Part shown: positions 18,861 to 28,033 of the stretch, one piece after another | How positions within the stretch are numbered: the first letter of the stretch is position 1 | Layout of the letters: the number at the start of each line of letters is the position of its first letter | DNA from: Clostridia bacterium | GTDB taxonomy: Bacteria; Bacillota; Clostridia; Christensenellales; CAG-138 | DNA: 48,937 nt | Assembly (NCBI GenBank): GCA_017393775.1 | Contig: JAFOQN010000164.1 | Span: forward strand, 1-48,937 | Direction of reading: 5' to 3' | Made by a program: the position numbers and the translations under genes | Notes under the pieces: generated by a model | What the model was told of the DNA's origin: nothing | Database searches by the model: none | The model's input: the letters and a program-made list of their open reading frames with translations, nothing else

Positions 18861-20690
18861 ATGGCGATTATCCGCGTATTAAAACCACAGGTAGCTAATC
18901 AGATCGCGGCAGGCGAAGTCGTAGAACGTCCGTCTTCCGTTGTGAAAGAGCTTGTTGAAAATGCGATCGACGCAGGCGCGACCGCCGTTACCGTTCGGAT
19001 CGAAAACGGGGGAATGCGCAGTATCACCGTAACGGACAACGGTTGCGGGATCGCTCGGGAGGATTGCAAGAACGCATTTTTACGCCATGCGACCAGCAAG
19101 ATCGAAACAGCAGACGATCTTTCACATGTGATGACGCTCGGATTCCGCGGCGAAGCGCTTGCTTCCATTGCGTCCGTTTCCCGCGTTACGATGACTACGC
19201 GTATCTTGGGGGCAGAAGTCGGAACCCGTCTGATCATCGATAACGGCACCATTATCAGCGAAGAGGACAGCCCCTGCGTGTTCGGAACGACGTTTGTGGT
19301 GGAAGAACTGTTCGCTTCCGTTCCCGCACGGCTGAAGTTTCTGAAATCCGCGCGTACAGAGGCAGGGTATATCGGCGATTATATCGGGAAGATGATCCTC
19401 GCGCGGCCCGAGATCTCGTTCCGTTACGAATCTGACGGTAAAACGGTTTACGAGACATACGGGGACGGAAGCCTTTTCAATGCTGTTTTCTGCGTCTACG
19501 GAACGACCGTTGCAGATAAAATTGTTCCCGTAGAGTACGACAATGGATACATGAAAGTTACCGGGTATCTGGGGCTGCCGGAAATTTCCCGAAACAACCG
19601 TACCTTTCAGACGCTGTTCATCAACGGTCGCTCCATTCGATCTCCGCTGGTTTCCTCTGCGGTGATACAGGCATACGATACACGGCTCATGATCGGCAGA
19701 TTTCCGTTCTATGTATTGAACCTTGCGCTTGCGCCGCAGGAAGTCGACGTGAATGTGCATCCAACAAAAGCGGAGGTGCGCTTTGCGGATGATAATCGTG
19801 TGTTCACTTCCGTTTCAGCGGCGGCCAAGCTGGCGCTTGGGGCAAGCGAAAAACATGTTGAATCGGCTTTGGAACAAATCATACCTAAGCAGCCCACTTT
19901 GCCTGCCGAATCTGTTTCAAAACATGAACAACCGATCCCGTCGCCGCGTGTGGATTTCCATGAATACTCCGCAAAAGGCAATACCTACGATTTTCGGGAA
20001 AGCGGGTTTAATACGTTTCGGGAAAGGACTGCAAAAGACAGCGTACCGAACTTTATGGTACGGACTGATTCTGCGCAACCCGTAAAAAAGACGGATGCGG
20101 CATCTCCGCTGTTTTCCGATGCACAAACGGAGACCGTCGGCTGCGTCTTTCAAACGTACTGGATCGTTACGCGTGATCAGAACATGTTTTTGATCGATCA
20201 ACATGCGGCGCATGAACGCAAGCTGTATAACGAGCTATGTGCTCGCAAAACGGAATTATCGTCGCAGACATTGCTGGTGTCACGGGAGATCCATCTTACA
20301 CCGTCGGAGTTTTCCGCTTGGGAAGCAAATGAGAAGCGTATAACCGAGCTTGGATTCGGACTGATTCGATCCGGAGCAATGAAGCTGACGCTCAATGAAG
20401 TTCCGATCCTGAACGGACAGATGCTGGGCGAACCGTATCTGCATGCAGTTTTAGCAATCTTCAATGAATGCGGAAAGGACGTAAAACAAGAGCTTATAAA
20501 GGAACGTTTGATGCAAACAGCATGCAAACATGCGATCAAGGGCGGGGAATCGATCACAAAGGAAGAGATATCGGATCTTTTGGATTCGTTTCTTTGCGGA
20601 GAAATGCCCTTGACCTGTCCGCACGGACGTCCGGTCATTGTACGCATTACGAAATCGGAACTGGAAAAGATGTTCCGAAGAATCGTATGA
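18861..20690 (+). CDS. mutL: DNA mismatch repair protein MutL
   Basis: 609 aa. The N-terminus reads IAAGEVVERPSSVVKELVENAIDAG (GHKL ATPase). The C-terminal endonuclease region includes DQHAAHER. Confidence 0.96.
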   Translation: MAIIRVLKPQVANQIAAGEVVERPSSVVKELVENAIDAGATAVTVRIENGGMRSITVTDNGCGIAREDCKNAFLRHATSKIETADDLSHVMTLGFRGEALASIASVSRVTMTTRILGAEVGTRLIIDNGTIISEEDSPCVFGTTFVVEELFASVPARLKFLKSARTEAGYIGDYIGKMILARPEISFRYESDGKTVYETYGDGSLFNAVFCVYGTTVADKIVPVEYDNGYMKVTGYLGLPEISRNNRTFQTLFINGRSIRSPLVSSAVIQAYDTRLMIGRFPFYVLNLALAPQEVDVNVHPTKAEVRFADDNRVFTSVSAAAKLALGASEKHVESALEQIIPKQPTLPAESVSKHEQPIPSPRVDFHEYSAKGNTYDFRESGFNTFRERTAKDSVPNFMVRTDSAQPVKKTDAASPLFSDAQTETVGCVFQTYWIVTRDQNMFLIDQHAAHERKLYNELCARKTELSSQTLLVSREIHLTPSEFSAWEANEKRITELGFGLIRSGAMKLTLNEVPILNGQMLGEPYLHAVLAIFNECGKDVKQELIKERLMQTACKHAIKGGESITKEEISDLLDSFLCGEMPLTCPHGRPVIVRITKSELEKMFRRIV

Positions 20691-21628
20691 AGTCGACCGT
20701 CCTTTGCATTGTCGGACCGACCGCTTGCGGAAAGACTGCGCTGTCGGTTGCTTTTGCAAAATGCCATGCGGGCGAGATCGTTTCCGCCGATGCAGTCGCG
20801 GTATACCGGGGATTGGATATCGGATCGGCAAAACCGACGGAAGAAGAGCGGCAGGGAATACCGCATCATCTGATCGACTGCGTTGACGTAACGGATGACA
20901 GCTTTACGGTATCTTCATTCCGGACGCTTGCCCGTGAAGCGATCGACGGTATTCTTTCACGAAACAAGCTGCCGATCATTGTAGGCGGAAGCGGGCTGTA
21001 TCTTGACGCAATCTTTTCCGATATGCGCTTCTCAGCACCTTCAGATCCCGATATTCGCGCAAAGATAGAAGATGCTTACGGGAAAGATTCGACGGCCGTT
21101 TTTGAAGCGCTGAGAGCGGCAGATCCGATCACGGCAGAACGTGTGCATCCGAACGATAAAAAACGCGTGGTTCGTGCGCTTGAGGTGTTTGAAATGACTG
21201 GAAAACCGTTTTCTGCGCTGAACCGCGATTTTGAAACGGCACAGAAAGAAGACGAGACTTATCGTGTCATACGCATCGGACTTAATACGGATCGGCGTAC
21301 ACTGTATGCTCGGATCAATGAACGTGTCGACCGGATGATCGATCAAGGTTTATGCAAAGAAGCATTTTCTTTTTTCGACAAAGGATTGACACCGGAAAAC
21401 TGCCGCGCACTGCAATCGATCGGATATGCGCAGCTGTATGATGTGTATACAGGTGCGGAAACGGCGGAGAAAGCGATTGAGCGGATCAAGCTCGATACAA
21501 GACATTTCGCCAAAAGACAGATCACATGGTTTAAGCGAAATGCAAATACGGCTTGGTTCGATCCGACGATCCTTTCGGCGGATGATATCATGCAGCATAT
21601 TACGGAGTTTTTGAATGGAAATCAATGA
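20687..21628 (+). CDS. miaA: tRNA dimethylallyltransferase MiaA
   Basis: The ATG at 20687 gives an ATGA overlap with the mutL stop. P-loop IVGPTACGKTA. The ORF-track start at 20468 lies inside mutL. Confidence 0.93.
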   Translation: MKSTVLCIVGPTACGKTALSVAFAKCHAGEIVSADAVAVYRGLDIGSAKPTEEERQGIPHHLIDCVDVTDDSFTVSSFRTLAREAIDGILSRNKLPIIVGGSGLYLDAIFSDMRFSAPSDPDIRAKIEDAYGKDSTAVFEALRAADPITAERVHPNDKKRVVRALEVFEMTGKPFSALNRDFETAQKEDETYRVIRIGLNTDRRTLYARINERVDRMIDQGLCKEAFSFFDKGLTPENCRALQSIGYAQLYDVYTGAETAEKAIERIKLDTRHFAKRQITWFKRNANTAWFDPTILSADDIMQHITEFLNGNQ

Positions 21629-22850
21629 ATTGATTAAAAAGGCGGAGGAACGCTCCGCAAACGCTTTTCATAAGGTCGAACATAACGCGCTGATTTGCCA
21701 GGAGCGTGTTTTGAAGGCGTTTCAAACACATCGAATTTCGGCGAGACACTTTTCGCCGACGGAAGGGTACGGTTACGATGACATCGGACGAGACGCGTTG
21801 GATGAAGTATTTGCCGAAGCATTGAACGCGGAGGCGGCGCTTGTGCGTCCGCAGATCGCCAACGGAACGCACGCTATCTTTCTGGCTTTGTCCGGCACGC
21901 TGGAACCGAATGATACGATCCTGTCGCTGACCGGTACGCCGTACGATACATTGGAAAGTGCAGTCGGATTAAACGGCGATCTGCCGAATGCGCTTTCGCG
22001 TTTTATGATTCGGTTTCACTCGATCCCGCTCAAGGAGGGCGGGGTGGATTTCACAAGCGCGGAGAAGAAATTGAAGAATGACCCGACGATCAGAATGATC
22101 TATCTGCAGCGGTCAAGAGGATATGCCTGGCGTGACGCGCTTTCGATCGAAAAGATCCGGGAAGCGATCGCGTTTGTTCAGTCGATCCGGAAAGATATAA
22201 TCGTGTTCGTGGACAACTGTTACGGTGAGTTTACGGAAGCGAAGGAACCGACAGCGGTCGGTGCGGATCTGATTGCGGGAAGCCTGATCAAAAACTGCGG
22301 CGGCGGGATCGCTCCGACGGGCGGTTACATCGCCGGAAGGAAGGATCTGATCGAAGCGGTTTCGTTCCGGCAGACCGTTCCCGGATGCGGAAAGGAAATC
22401 GGTTCCTATGCGGCATCGTATCGCCCGTTCTATCAAGGACTGTTTATGGCGCCGCATACGGTTTGCCAATGCTTGAAAAGCGCAATTCTGTTTTCAGCAC
22501 TGTTTGAAGCGCTCGGACTGAAGACACTTCCGCTTGTTGATGATGCAAGAAGCGATATCATTCAATCCGTGATGTTCCGTACAAAAGAAGAGATGATCGC
22601 ATTTATGCAGGCGGTACAGGCAGCTGCACCGATCGACAGCTTTGTCGTTCCGGAACCTTGGAATATGCCGGGTTACACCGATCCGGTCATTATGGCGGCG
22701 GGAACATTCGTACAAGGCGCAACGACAGAACTGTCCGCAGATGGACCGATCCGTGCGCCGTATACGGCATATCTGCAGGGCGCATTGACATATGAGCATG
22801 CTGTCTTTGCGGCAAAGAGCGTTTTGAAAGCCTTAATAGCTGCGCATTAA
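21615..22850 (+). CDS. Aluminium-resistance / methionine gamma-lyase-like PLP enzyme (YnbB family)
   Basis: 411 aa. It takes the conserved Firmicute position after miaA. It overlaps miaA by 14 nt. Confidence 0.75.
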   Translation: MEINELIKKAEERSANAFHKVEHNALICQERVLKAFQTHRISARHFSPTEGYGYDDIGRDALDEVFAEALNAEAALVRPQIANGTHAIFLALSGTLEPNDTILSLTGTPYDTLESAVGLNGDLPNALSRFMIRFHSIPLKEGGVDFTSAEKKLKNDPTIRMIYLQRSRGYAWRDALSIEKIREAIAFVQSIRKDIIVFVDNCYGEFTEAKEPTAVGADLIAGSLIKNCGGGIAPTGGYIAGRKDLIEAVSFRQTVPGCGKEIGSYAASYRPFYQGLFMAPHTVCQCLKSAILFSALFEALGLKTLPLVDDARSDIIQSVMFRTKEEMIAFMQAVQAAAPIDSFVVPEPWNMPGYTDPVIMAAGTFVQGATTELSADGPIRAPYTAYLQGALTYEHAVFAAKSVLKALIAAH

Positions 22851-23444
22851 ACCGGTCACACAACCGAGAATCTCAACACAGTCTACCGGATAAAACATGG
22901 GAGAAAAGGCTTCGTTCTCCGGACGGAGCTCGATCTCCTTTCCTTTTTGGAAAAAACGCTTGACGGTTACTTCATCATCGTTGACACGGGCGACGACAAT
23001 GTCGCCGTCATGCGGCGTTGTGCCCGTTTCGACGACGATGATATCGCGATCGCAGATACCTGCGTTCTTCATGCTTTCGCCGTCGATGCGGAGCATAAAC
23101 GCGTCGCTGTGAATTCCATGGAGAAGCATGGAGGGGACGGGGAAGCAATCCTCGCGGTTTTCATGTGCAAGAATGGGAATACCGGCAGCAACCTTGCCGA
23201 GCAGCGGTAAAGAAGCGGTTTTTGCGTGAGAGGTATCGGAAACGGTATAGGCACGTTTTTTATTCGTGTCGGAAGATAGAAGTCCTTCGTCCGTCAGAAT
23301 GCGCAGATACCGGTGTACAGAGGCAGGGGAAGCAAGACCGACGCCGGTGCATATCTCACGCACGGTCGGCGGGTATCCTTTGCGTTCGGTTTCGGAAAGG
23401 ATAAACCGGTAAATTTTTACTTTCGCATCGTCGATCTTTTTCAT
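22833..23444 (-). CDS. lexA: LexA repressor
   Basis: 203 aa. N-terminal wHTH (GYPPTVREI), an AG cleavage site (KVAAGIP), and S...K peptidase motifs (GESM, VKR). Confidence 0.95.
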   Translation of the reverse strand: MKKIDDAKVKIYRFILSETERKGYPPTVREICTGVGLASPASVHRYLRILTDEGLLSSDTNKKRAYTVSDTSHAKTASLPLLGKVAAGIPILAHENREDCFPVPSMLLHGIHSDAFMLRIDGESMKNAGICDRDIIVVETGTTPHDGDIVVARVNDDEVTVKRFFQKGKEIELRPENEAFSPMFYPVDCVEILGCVTGLMRSY

Positions 23445-23463
23445 AAATAGTCACCTCAGCATG

Positions 23464-23503
23464 ATTATAGCACACAGAATAGATAAAAGCAAACAAATGT
23501 TCG
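23464..23503 (-). promoter_or_regulatory. lexA promoter with an overlapping LexA (Cheo-type) box
   Basis: Minus strand reads CGAACATTTGTTTG (23490..23503), overlapping the -35 TTGCTT. It is followed by the extended -10 TGCTATAAT (TATAAT at 23464..23469). Confidence 0.6.
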
Positions 23504-23513
23504 CAAAATATTA

Positions 23514-24611
23514 TTATGTCGGATTGACGGGGGTATCGGGGCGGAAGTCTGACGATTCCTCCCGGAGCTTAATGTATTTTGCGGCTTGCCGACTCTTTTC
23601 TTCGGTCATTGCGGCATAGTGCTTCCGGGTCGTATTGACGTCCTTGTGACCGAGCACATCTGCGACCAGATAAATATCTCCGCTTTCCTGGTAAAGCATT
23701 GTACCGTATGTGCTGCGCAGCTTATGCGGCGTGATTTTTTTCAGCGGCGTAGCGATCTGCGCATATTTTTTGACCAGATTCTCCACAGCGCGCGGGGTGA
23801 TCCTCTTGCGCTGCATGGAAAGAAAGAACGCCGTTTCATGACCGGACAGGGGAATGACGGTTTTGCGTTCTTCCAGGTAATCCAAAAGTGCCTGAGCAAC
23901 TTCCGGACCGAATGCAAGCGTCATCTGATTGCCACCTTTGCGTGTTACGACAAACTCGTTTTTGGAAAAGTCAATATCGTTGAGATCGATGCCGACCAGT
24001 TCGGAAATACGAATCCCGGTCCCGAGGAAAAGAGATAGAATCGCAACATCGCGAAGCTTTGTCGTGTCATGATAGCGTCGTTGCGCAGCGGTCATTCCGC
24101 TGCCTTGTTCAACGGTATCCAACAGATCGGCAACTTCGTTTGCTTCCAGGCGTATGATTGCTTTCTCGTGCAGTTTCGGCGTATCGACCAAAGCGGCACA
24201 GTTCGTTTGAATCATTGACTTTTTATATAAAAACTTAAATAATGAACGAATGGCGGATAATTTGCGCGATTTTGCACGTTCGTTGTTTTCAATCAGTTTT
24301 TGACCTTCCTGCTTTTCATCCTGATACAGAGAAATGTATTCAAGATACAGCTCAATATCAAGAGAGGAGAGGAGCTCCATATCGGAAAGCTTCAGTTGTT
24401 TCGGAAGCTTATCGGCAAAACGGTCGATCTGTCCGGACGTCAGAAACCGAAAGAATGTTCTGAGATCGACTGCATAGCCGTAACGTGTCAATATGGATGT
24501 TGTCGGTTCAACTGCACGAAAATACAGCGCGCAAAAATCCGGAAGCTCAGAAAGAACATTTCGGAACCGTGTCGTATAATCGAGTTTCTTTTGTGTCTGA
24601 TAATCGCTCAT
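23514..24611 (-). CDS. Tyrosine site-specific recombinase, long XerS-like form
   Basis: 366 aa counted from the ATG at 24611, which is preceded by GGAGG. Catalytic set: R (TGIRISEL), HKLR, GH, and Y (RKHY). Contains a VTRKGG motif and has a long N-terminal core-binding domain. Confidence 0.85.
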   Translation of the reverse strand: MSDYQTQKKLDYTTRFRNVLSELPDFCALYFRAVEPTTSILTRYGYAVDLRTFFRFLTSGQIDRFADKLPKQLKLSDMELLSSLDIELYLEYISLYQDEKQEGQKLIENNERAKSRKLSAIRSLFKFLYKKSMIQTNCAALVDTPKLHEKAIIRLEANEVADLLDTVEQGSGMTAAQRRYHDTTKLRDVAILSLFLGTGIRISELVGIDLNDIDFSKNEFVVTRKGGNQMTLAFGPEVAQALLDYLEERKTVIPLSGHETAFFLSMQRKRITPRAVENLVKKYAQIATPLKKITPHKLRSTYGTMLYQESGDIYLVADVLGHKDVNTTRKHYAAMTEEKSRQAAKYIKLREESSDFRPDTPVNPT

Positions 24612-24655
24612 CAAAAGACCTCCGGAAGCAGAAAGGGATTTATTTCTTATTTCCA

Positions 24656-24684
24656 ATTGTAGCACAACTATTCGTTAAAGACAA
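24656..24684 (-). promoter_or_regulatory. Promoter of the recombinase gene, embedded in the palindrome
   Basis: Minus strand reads TTGTCT (in the palindrome spacer)-17 nt-TACAAT, with a TGC extended -10. Confidence 0.5.
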
Positions 24685-24700
24685 GTTTAACGAATAGTTG
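24665..24700. repeat. Perfect 36-bp palindrome (15-bp arms, 6-bp asymmetric spacer); candidate recombinase core site or operator
   Basis: CAACTATTCGTTAAA-GACAAG-TTTAACGAATAGTTG. A further TTCGTTAA half-site lies at 24733..24740. Confidence 0.9.
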
Positions 24701-24749
24701 TTTACAAAAACGACACGAATTTCGGCTGATACTTCGTTAATTGAGAAAA

Positions 24750-24776
24750 ACTCCGGAATCGCCTAAGCTTCCGGGG
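24750..24776 (-). terminator. Possible weak terminator at the rnhA stop codon
   Basis: Minus strand reads CCGGAA-10 nt loop-TTCCGG, then AGTTTTTCTC. The stem is only 6 bp. Confidence 0.3.
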
Positions 24777-25233
24777 TTTTTATCGGTTGTTCGGTTTCCG
24801 GGATTTGCTTGATCGCGTCACGCGCAAGTTTGTCGCAGCGATTGTTTTCTTCGTTGTCTGCATGACCTTTGACTTTGTGAAACGTTACGGTATGCGTTCC
24901 GCACAAAGCATCAAGCTGCTCCCATAGATCTTTGTTTTCAACATCATGCCGGTTAGCTGTTTTCCAGCCGTTTGTTCGCCAGTTCTTGAGCCAACCTTTA
25001 TCAAATGCATTACAAAGATATGCGCTGTCTGTATACAAATCAACGATACAACTTCTTTTCAGCATGCGCAGCGCCTCAATCGCTGCTGTCAGTTCCATGC
25101 GGTTGTTTGTTGTTTCTGCGGCGTTTCCGCTGGATTCTTTTCTGTGTCTGCCGTAAATCAGCACACAGCCCCAACCGCCGGGTCCGGGGTTATACGAACA
25201 TGCGCCGTCCGTGTAAATCGTTACCCGATCCAT
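24763..25233 (-). CDS. rnhA: Ribonuclease HI
   Basis: 156 aa with IYTDGAC..NPGPGGWG, TNNRMEL, DS.Y and HADNE.ND.CD motifs. Confidence 0.93.
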   Translation of the reverse strand: MDRVTIYTDGACSYNPGPGGWGCVLIYGRHRKESSGNAAETTNNRMELTAAIEALRMLKRSCIVDLYTDSAYLCNAFDKGWLKNWRTNGWKTANRHDVENKDLWEQLDALCGTHTVTFHKVKGHADNEENNRCDKLARDAIKQIPETEQPIKTPEA

Positions 25234-25239
25234 ATCTCC

Positions 25240-26136
25240 TCATTCCTGGTTATAAAATAATATATAATCTATAATAACCGATAATTGAAGATGCTTCAGT
25301 TCACCGGAAACCATCTCCGTATTCATCGTATCATGTCTGTTCAGAAAAGTCGATATGCTTTTTACATATTTTTCGAAAAGTTCTTTCATGGAAACGATAT
25401 CGTTTGTGTTGATCTGCTCCATCGATTTGATCGTGCTTACACACGATTCCATGCACTTTTGCAGTTTTTCAATCAGATCCGAACGACTGATGTCCGACTT
25501 ATCAAATGATAGGCAAAGAGAACACAATTCGGACGGAATACTATTCAGAATCTTCGAAGCTTCCGACACCGTATCAACGGCTTTTTGATCTCCGTCAAGC
25601 GTGATTCGTATCGCTTTGCTTTCGGTTATGTATGGAGTTGCTTCAAAACCGTCGGAACGGACTTGTGACTGTACTTTTACCAAACTCGATTCATCGAGAT
25701 AAGCGGCTGCAAACACTCTGTAAAGCGATCCGTCTTTGTATACGGCGCCGCCTGCGCCCATCCGACGGATCTCATCGGCATGCTGAGCTGCTGCGTCTTC
25801 GTTTGTAAACGTACCCATCTGAAGGATATAGAACGGAACTTCTTCCATGACGATCACTTCATGCGCCTTTTCGGAAGGCTTCGGACTTGTTGTTTCCGGT
25901 GCGCGCTGCTCTTCCTGCTGTTTCAGCGCGGAGACGATGTTTTTGTCATCGACAGTTTTACCGGAGCTTGAAAAGATCGGAGAGACGACATGCTCCATCA
26001 GATAGTTTCCGAGTGGCGAAAGAACGATAATCCCTGCAATCAGAGCGATTGATAAGATTACAAATACAACCGTGCCGAACCCGCCGGAACTGCATCGCGG
26101 TTTTGACTTTGAACCGGAATGATACTTTTGTTCCAT
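25240..26136 (-). CDS. SPOR domain-containing membrane-anchored protein
   Basis: 298 aa. One N-terminal TM helix, a SPOR-like segment (FYILQMGTFTNEDAAAQHADEIRRMG...YRVFAAAY), and a helical C-terminal domain. Confidence 0.65.
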   Translation of the reverse strand: MEQKYHSGSKSKPRCSSGGFGTVVFVILSIALIAGIIVLSPLGNYLMEHVVSPIFSSSGKTVDDKNIVSALKQQEEQRAPETTSPKPSEKAHEVIVMEEVPFYILQMGTFTNEDAAAQHADEIRRMGAGGAVYKDGSLYRVFAAAYLDESSLVKVQSQVRSDGFEATPYITESKAIRITLDGDQKAVDTVSEASKILNSIPSELCSLCLSFDKSDISRSDLIEKLQKCMESCVSTIKSMEQINTNDIVSMKELFEKYVKSISTFLNRHDTMNTEMVSGELKHLQLSVIIDYILFYNQE

Positions 26137-26203
26137 AAATAAACCTCCCTGTGCTGTTATCTAAACATACGCAGAGAGGTTCGTATATATGCACGTCAAG
26201 TGA

Positions 26204-28027
26204 TTATTGAATGGATGGCTGTGAGTCGGCAGAGACGATAACGTCCGGAACGGATGAAAGCGGGATCGCATTGCTGACGTATTTTTTCAGGGTAAAGCGG
26301 AAGCAGGTCCACTCCCCTTCCACACTGTCTGCTTCGATCTGTTCTTCGAGCTGATCCATGATCTTTTTGGCGATGGATAAACCCAAGCCTGTTCCGCCGT
26401 CCTTGCGTGAAGCATCGACCTTGTAAAAACGCTCAAAGACACGTGAAAGGTTTTCTTTGGAAATACCGATACCGTCGTCCCAAACGCTGATCACGACCTC
26501 ATGAGCGTTTTCAACGGCAATGAGACGGATTGCATTCTTTGCATAGCGCAATGCATTGTCGATCAGGATGACAAGCACCTGCTCGATCCGATCCCGGTCG
26601 CTGAGAACCGGCGACAGGGACTCTTCGGTATCGATATCAATGCGAATATGTCGCTTGCTTGCTTCCGTCTGGAAGCTTTGAGACACTTCTTCGAGCAGCT
26701 CATTTACATCGAACATTGTCATATCCATCGCTTCAGTACCGGCCTGTAATCTGCTTAGCTGCAGCATATCGGTAATGAGACGCGAAAGACGCTCGACCTC
26801 GTGCAGCATGATCGTGTAATACTGCTTCTGCTTTTCGGGATCCTTGATCATACCGTCGGAAAGCGGTTCCAAAAGCCCGCGCAGAGACGTCAGCGGCGTT
26901 CGAAGTTCATGACTGATATTTGCAACGTACTCATTCCGCATGCGTTCGAGCTTTTCGATATCGGTCGCATCCTTGAATAGCCCGACGGCGCCGATACATC
27001 CTTCCGAATCGGACAGAACCGGGACAACGGATATCCAGAGCACGCGATCGCCGGGAAGATTGTAATGGAACATGCGCGGCTCTTCAGAATCGACAACGCT
27101 TTCAAAGGCTTCCCAGATCGAGCGATCCGGCACCAGATCCATCGTGGAATGTACATCGACGGCACCAAACATTTTCATCAAAGCAGGGTTATAATGCGTT
27201 AGCTCCCCTTGTTTGTTGATCGCGGCTACACCATCGCTGAAACTGGAAAGAATGTAGCCGAGCTGACGCTTTTCATTCTCAAGCTGCCGGATCGTAGATG
27301 AAAGCGCACTGCTCATGTTGTTGAGGGTACGGGCAAACAGTCCGAGTTCGCCGGGATAGTCGTCCTTTGCACGAATGTCATAGTTTCCTTTGGAGAGCTG
27401 CTTTGCCACCTTTGTCATTTCGTTGATCGGATGCAGCATCTGATTGACGGCAAAGTAGGAAGTAAGAATCAAAAGCGGCAGCAATAGAAGCGAAACCAGC
27501 CATAATGATTTGGACAGTCTTGCAAAGGCAACATTGATATAGTTGATTTCACGAATCAGAAGAAAACTCCCGATATAGACGCTTTGATTGATGAATAGAG
27601 GCCGCCCGGCGCAGATCGCATGCACCTTTTCCGATACGCGATAATCCTCGTTGCGGATCGACTCTCCGGAAGACAGACGATCATGCAGCTCGCGAAGATG
27701 ATCTTCATCAGGCGCTTCCGGCAGGTTTGAGTAAACGTTCGTCTGGTTGTCATTCCCCTGAACGAAAAGGATATAGGATACTTCTTTTGAGCCGGAAATA
27801 ACATCGAGGTAGCTTTTCAGAGATGTTCTCGGAAGCTCCTGACCGTCGGTAAAGGAAAACAAACCCTGAAGACTGTCGGCTGTCTGATTCAGCGACTTGC
27901 GTTCAAGCTCCAGATATGTTTTTTTACCGAAATAGGTATATGCAACAACAAGAACGACATTTCCGATAATAAGCAGTACCATACAGATCAGAAATGCCCT
28001 GCGAAAGACTTCCCCTCTTTGCTTCAT
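26204..28027 (-). CDS. Sensor histidine kinase (TM-HAMP-PAS-HisKA-HATPase)
   Basis: 607 aa. H-box SHELRTPLTS, N-box DNALRY, G-boxes DDGIGI and GTGLGLSI. Confidence 0.9.
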   Translation of the reverse strand: MKQRGEVFRRAFLICMVLLIIGNVVLVVAYTYFGKKTYLELERKSLNQTADSLQGLFSFTDGQELPRTSLKSYLDVISGSKEVSYILFVQGNDNQTNVYSNLPEAPDEDHLRELHDRLSSGESIRNEDYRVSEKVHAICAGRPLFINQSVYIGSFLLIREINYINVAFARLSKSLWLVSLLLLPLLILTSYFAVNQMLHPINEMTKVAKQLSKGNYDIRAKDDYPGELGLFARTLNNMSSALSSTIRQLENEKRQLGYILSSFSDGVAAINKQGELTHYNPALMKMFGAVDVHSTMDLVPDRSIWEAFESVVDSEEPRMFHYNLPGDRVLWISVVPVLSDSEGCIGAVGLFKDATDIEKLERMRNEYVANISHELRTPLTSLRGLLEPLSDGMIKDPEKQKQYYTIMLHEVERLSRLITDMLQLSRLQAGTEAMDMTMFDVNELLEEVSQSFQTEASKRHIRIDIDTEESLSPVLSDRDRIEQVLVILIDNALRYAKNAIRLIAVENAHEVVISVWDDGIGISKENLSRVFERFYKVDASRKDGGTGLGLSIAKKIMDQLEEQIEADSVEGEWTCFRFTLKKYVSNAIPLSSVPDVIVSADSQPSIQ

Positions 28028-28033
28028 AGGCCG

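Noticed and set aside
20468-20686. ORF-track N-terminal extensions: miaA from 20468, the response regulator to 28810, glyQS from 42928, nif3 to 40764, thyA to 33128, the J-protein to 34224, the recombinase to 24665 and the hydrolase from 7379.
   Set aside because: In each case an internal ATG with a good SD, or an ATGA/stop-start overlap, matches the family's usual N-terminus. The extension overlaps the upstream gene, a promoter or an RNA gene.
21600-21640. The absence of hfq between miaA and the ynbB-like gene, where it sits in many Firmicutes.
   Set aside because: miaA and the next gene overlap by 14 nt, so there is no room for a missed small gene. hfq may simply be elsewhere or absent. 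This is not evidence of anything unusual without the whole genome.
23514-24611. The tyrosine recombinase as an integrase of a prophage, ICE or genomic island.
   Set aside because: There are no phage, conjugation or cargo genes on either side; the neighbours are lexA and rnhA. I saw no flanking direct repeats. The gene is not adjacent to the tRNA gene at 31634. The neighbouring palindrome looks like a core site, not an att-site half.
24665-24700. The 36-bp palindrome as an SOS (LexA) box, given the neighbouring lexA.
   Set aside because: It lacks the GAAC-N4-GTTC core of Firmicute LexA boxes. A proper box (CGAACATTTGTTTG) is present in front of lexA itself at 23490..23503.
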